Made by a program: the position numbers and the translations under genes | The notes under the pieces: generated by a model | What the model saw: the letters and a program-made list of their open reading frames with translations, nothing else | The model's database searches: none | What the model was told of the DNA's origin: nothing | In this document: positions 63,338 to 64,000 of the stretch, piece after piece | Layout: each line of letters opens with the position of its first letter | Numbering within the stretch: the first letter of the stretch is position 1 | Origin: the human T2T-CHM13v2.0 reference genome, Homo sapiens | Strand: one strand, 5' to 3' | Assembly: GCF_009914755.1 (NCBI RefSeq) | Contig: NC_060930.1 | DNA: 64,000 bases

Positions 63338-63719
63338 TTGTATTGGTTTGGCTGCCATAATAAAATACAACAGACTGGGTGGCTTAAACAACAACAATTT
63401 ATTTCTCACAGTTCTGGAGACTAGAAGTCTGAGCTCAATGTGACAGCAGGGTTGGGTTCAGGTGAGGGCTCTCCTTCTGGCTTATAGACGGCTGCCTTCT
63501 CATGTGTGCTCACATGGCCTTTCCTCAGCGCATGCTCGTGGACAGAGCAAGATCTCTCTCTCTTCCTCTTATAAGGCCACCAATCCTATGGGATTAAGAC
63601 CCTTATGACCTCATTTTGACCTTAATTGCCTTCTAAAAGCCCTATCTCCAAATATAGTCATGTTAGAGGTTAGGACTTCAACATATGAATTTAGCGGGGA
63701 CACAATTCAGTCCATAGCA
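63338..63719 (-). mobile_element. MLT1A-type MaLR LTR inside an old L1M 3' region (about 62285-63815)
   Basis: GCTGCCATAATAAAATACAACAGACTGGGTGGCTTAAACAAC...CAATTCAGTCCATAGCA. Confidence 0.82.
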
Positions 63720-63815
63720 TGTATCAGCCATATGCCATGTATGGACCTTGTTTGAATCCCACTTGTAAGAAACCAACTGTAAAAAGACATTTATGGGACA
63801 ATCAGGGAAATTGTC

Positions 63816-64000
63816 TTTGTTGTTGTTGTTGTTTGAGATAGGCTCTCATCTGTCACCCAGGCTGGAGGGTAGTGGTGTAATCATGGCTCACAGCAGTCTC
63901 AAACTCCTGGGCTCAAGTGATCCTCCTACCTCACCCTCCCAAGTTGCTGGAATTATAGGTACACACCATCAGTCCTGGCTAATTTCTTTTTTTTTTTTCT
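63816..64000 (-). mobile_element. AluJ, truncated by the window end
   Basis: CCCAGGCTGGAG...CTCAAGTGATCCTCC. Confidence 0.85.

Overview
Primate (very likely human) genomic DNA containing the 5' end of GFOD1 on the minus strand. A CpG-island promoter and exon 1 (CDS 30390-30138, 253 nt, phase-1 GTGAG donor) lie at about 29.6-32.2 kb. Positions 1-30137 are GFOD1 intron 1, which holds a strong candidate alternative terminal exon (acceptor at 14149, AATAAA at 12818-12823). Positions above about 31.2 kb are upstream intergenic DNA. The rest is dense interspersed repeat (Alu, L1, L2, MIR, MaLR/THE1/MLT2 LTRs, MER DNA transposons), often multiply nested. Two features stand out. (1) A divergent pair of solo LTR12 (ERV9) elements, each inserted inside an Alu, keeps intact CCAAT/GATA/TATA promoter cores, while the sequence downstream of each promoter shows mirror-image, strand-specific C>T (and some A>G) hypermutation. 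(2) In three independent places a nearby 70-220 bp segment has been copied into a (TA)-rich tract 0.8-1.7 kb downstream, one with fold-back copies. Repeat boundaries and subfamilies were judged by eye against remembered consensus sequences and are approximate; no database search was run.
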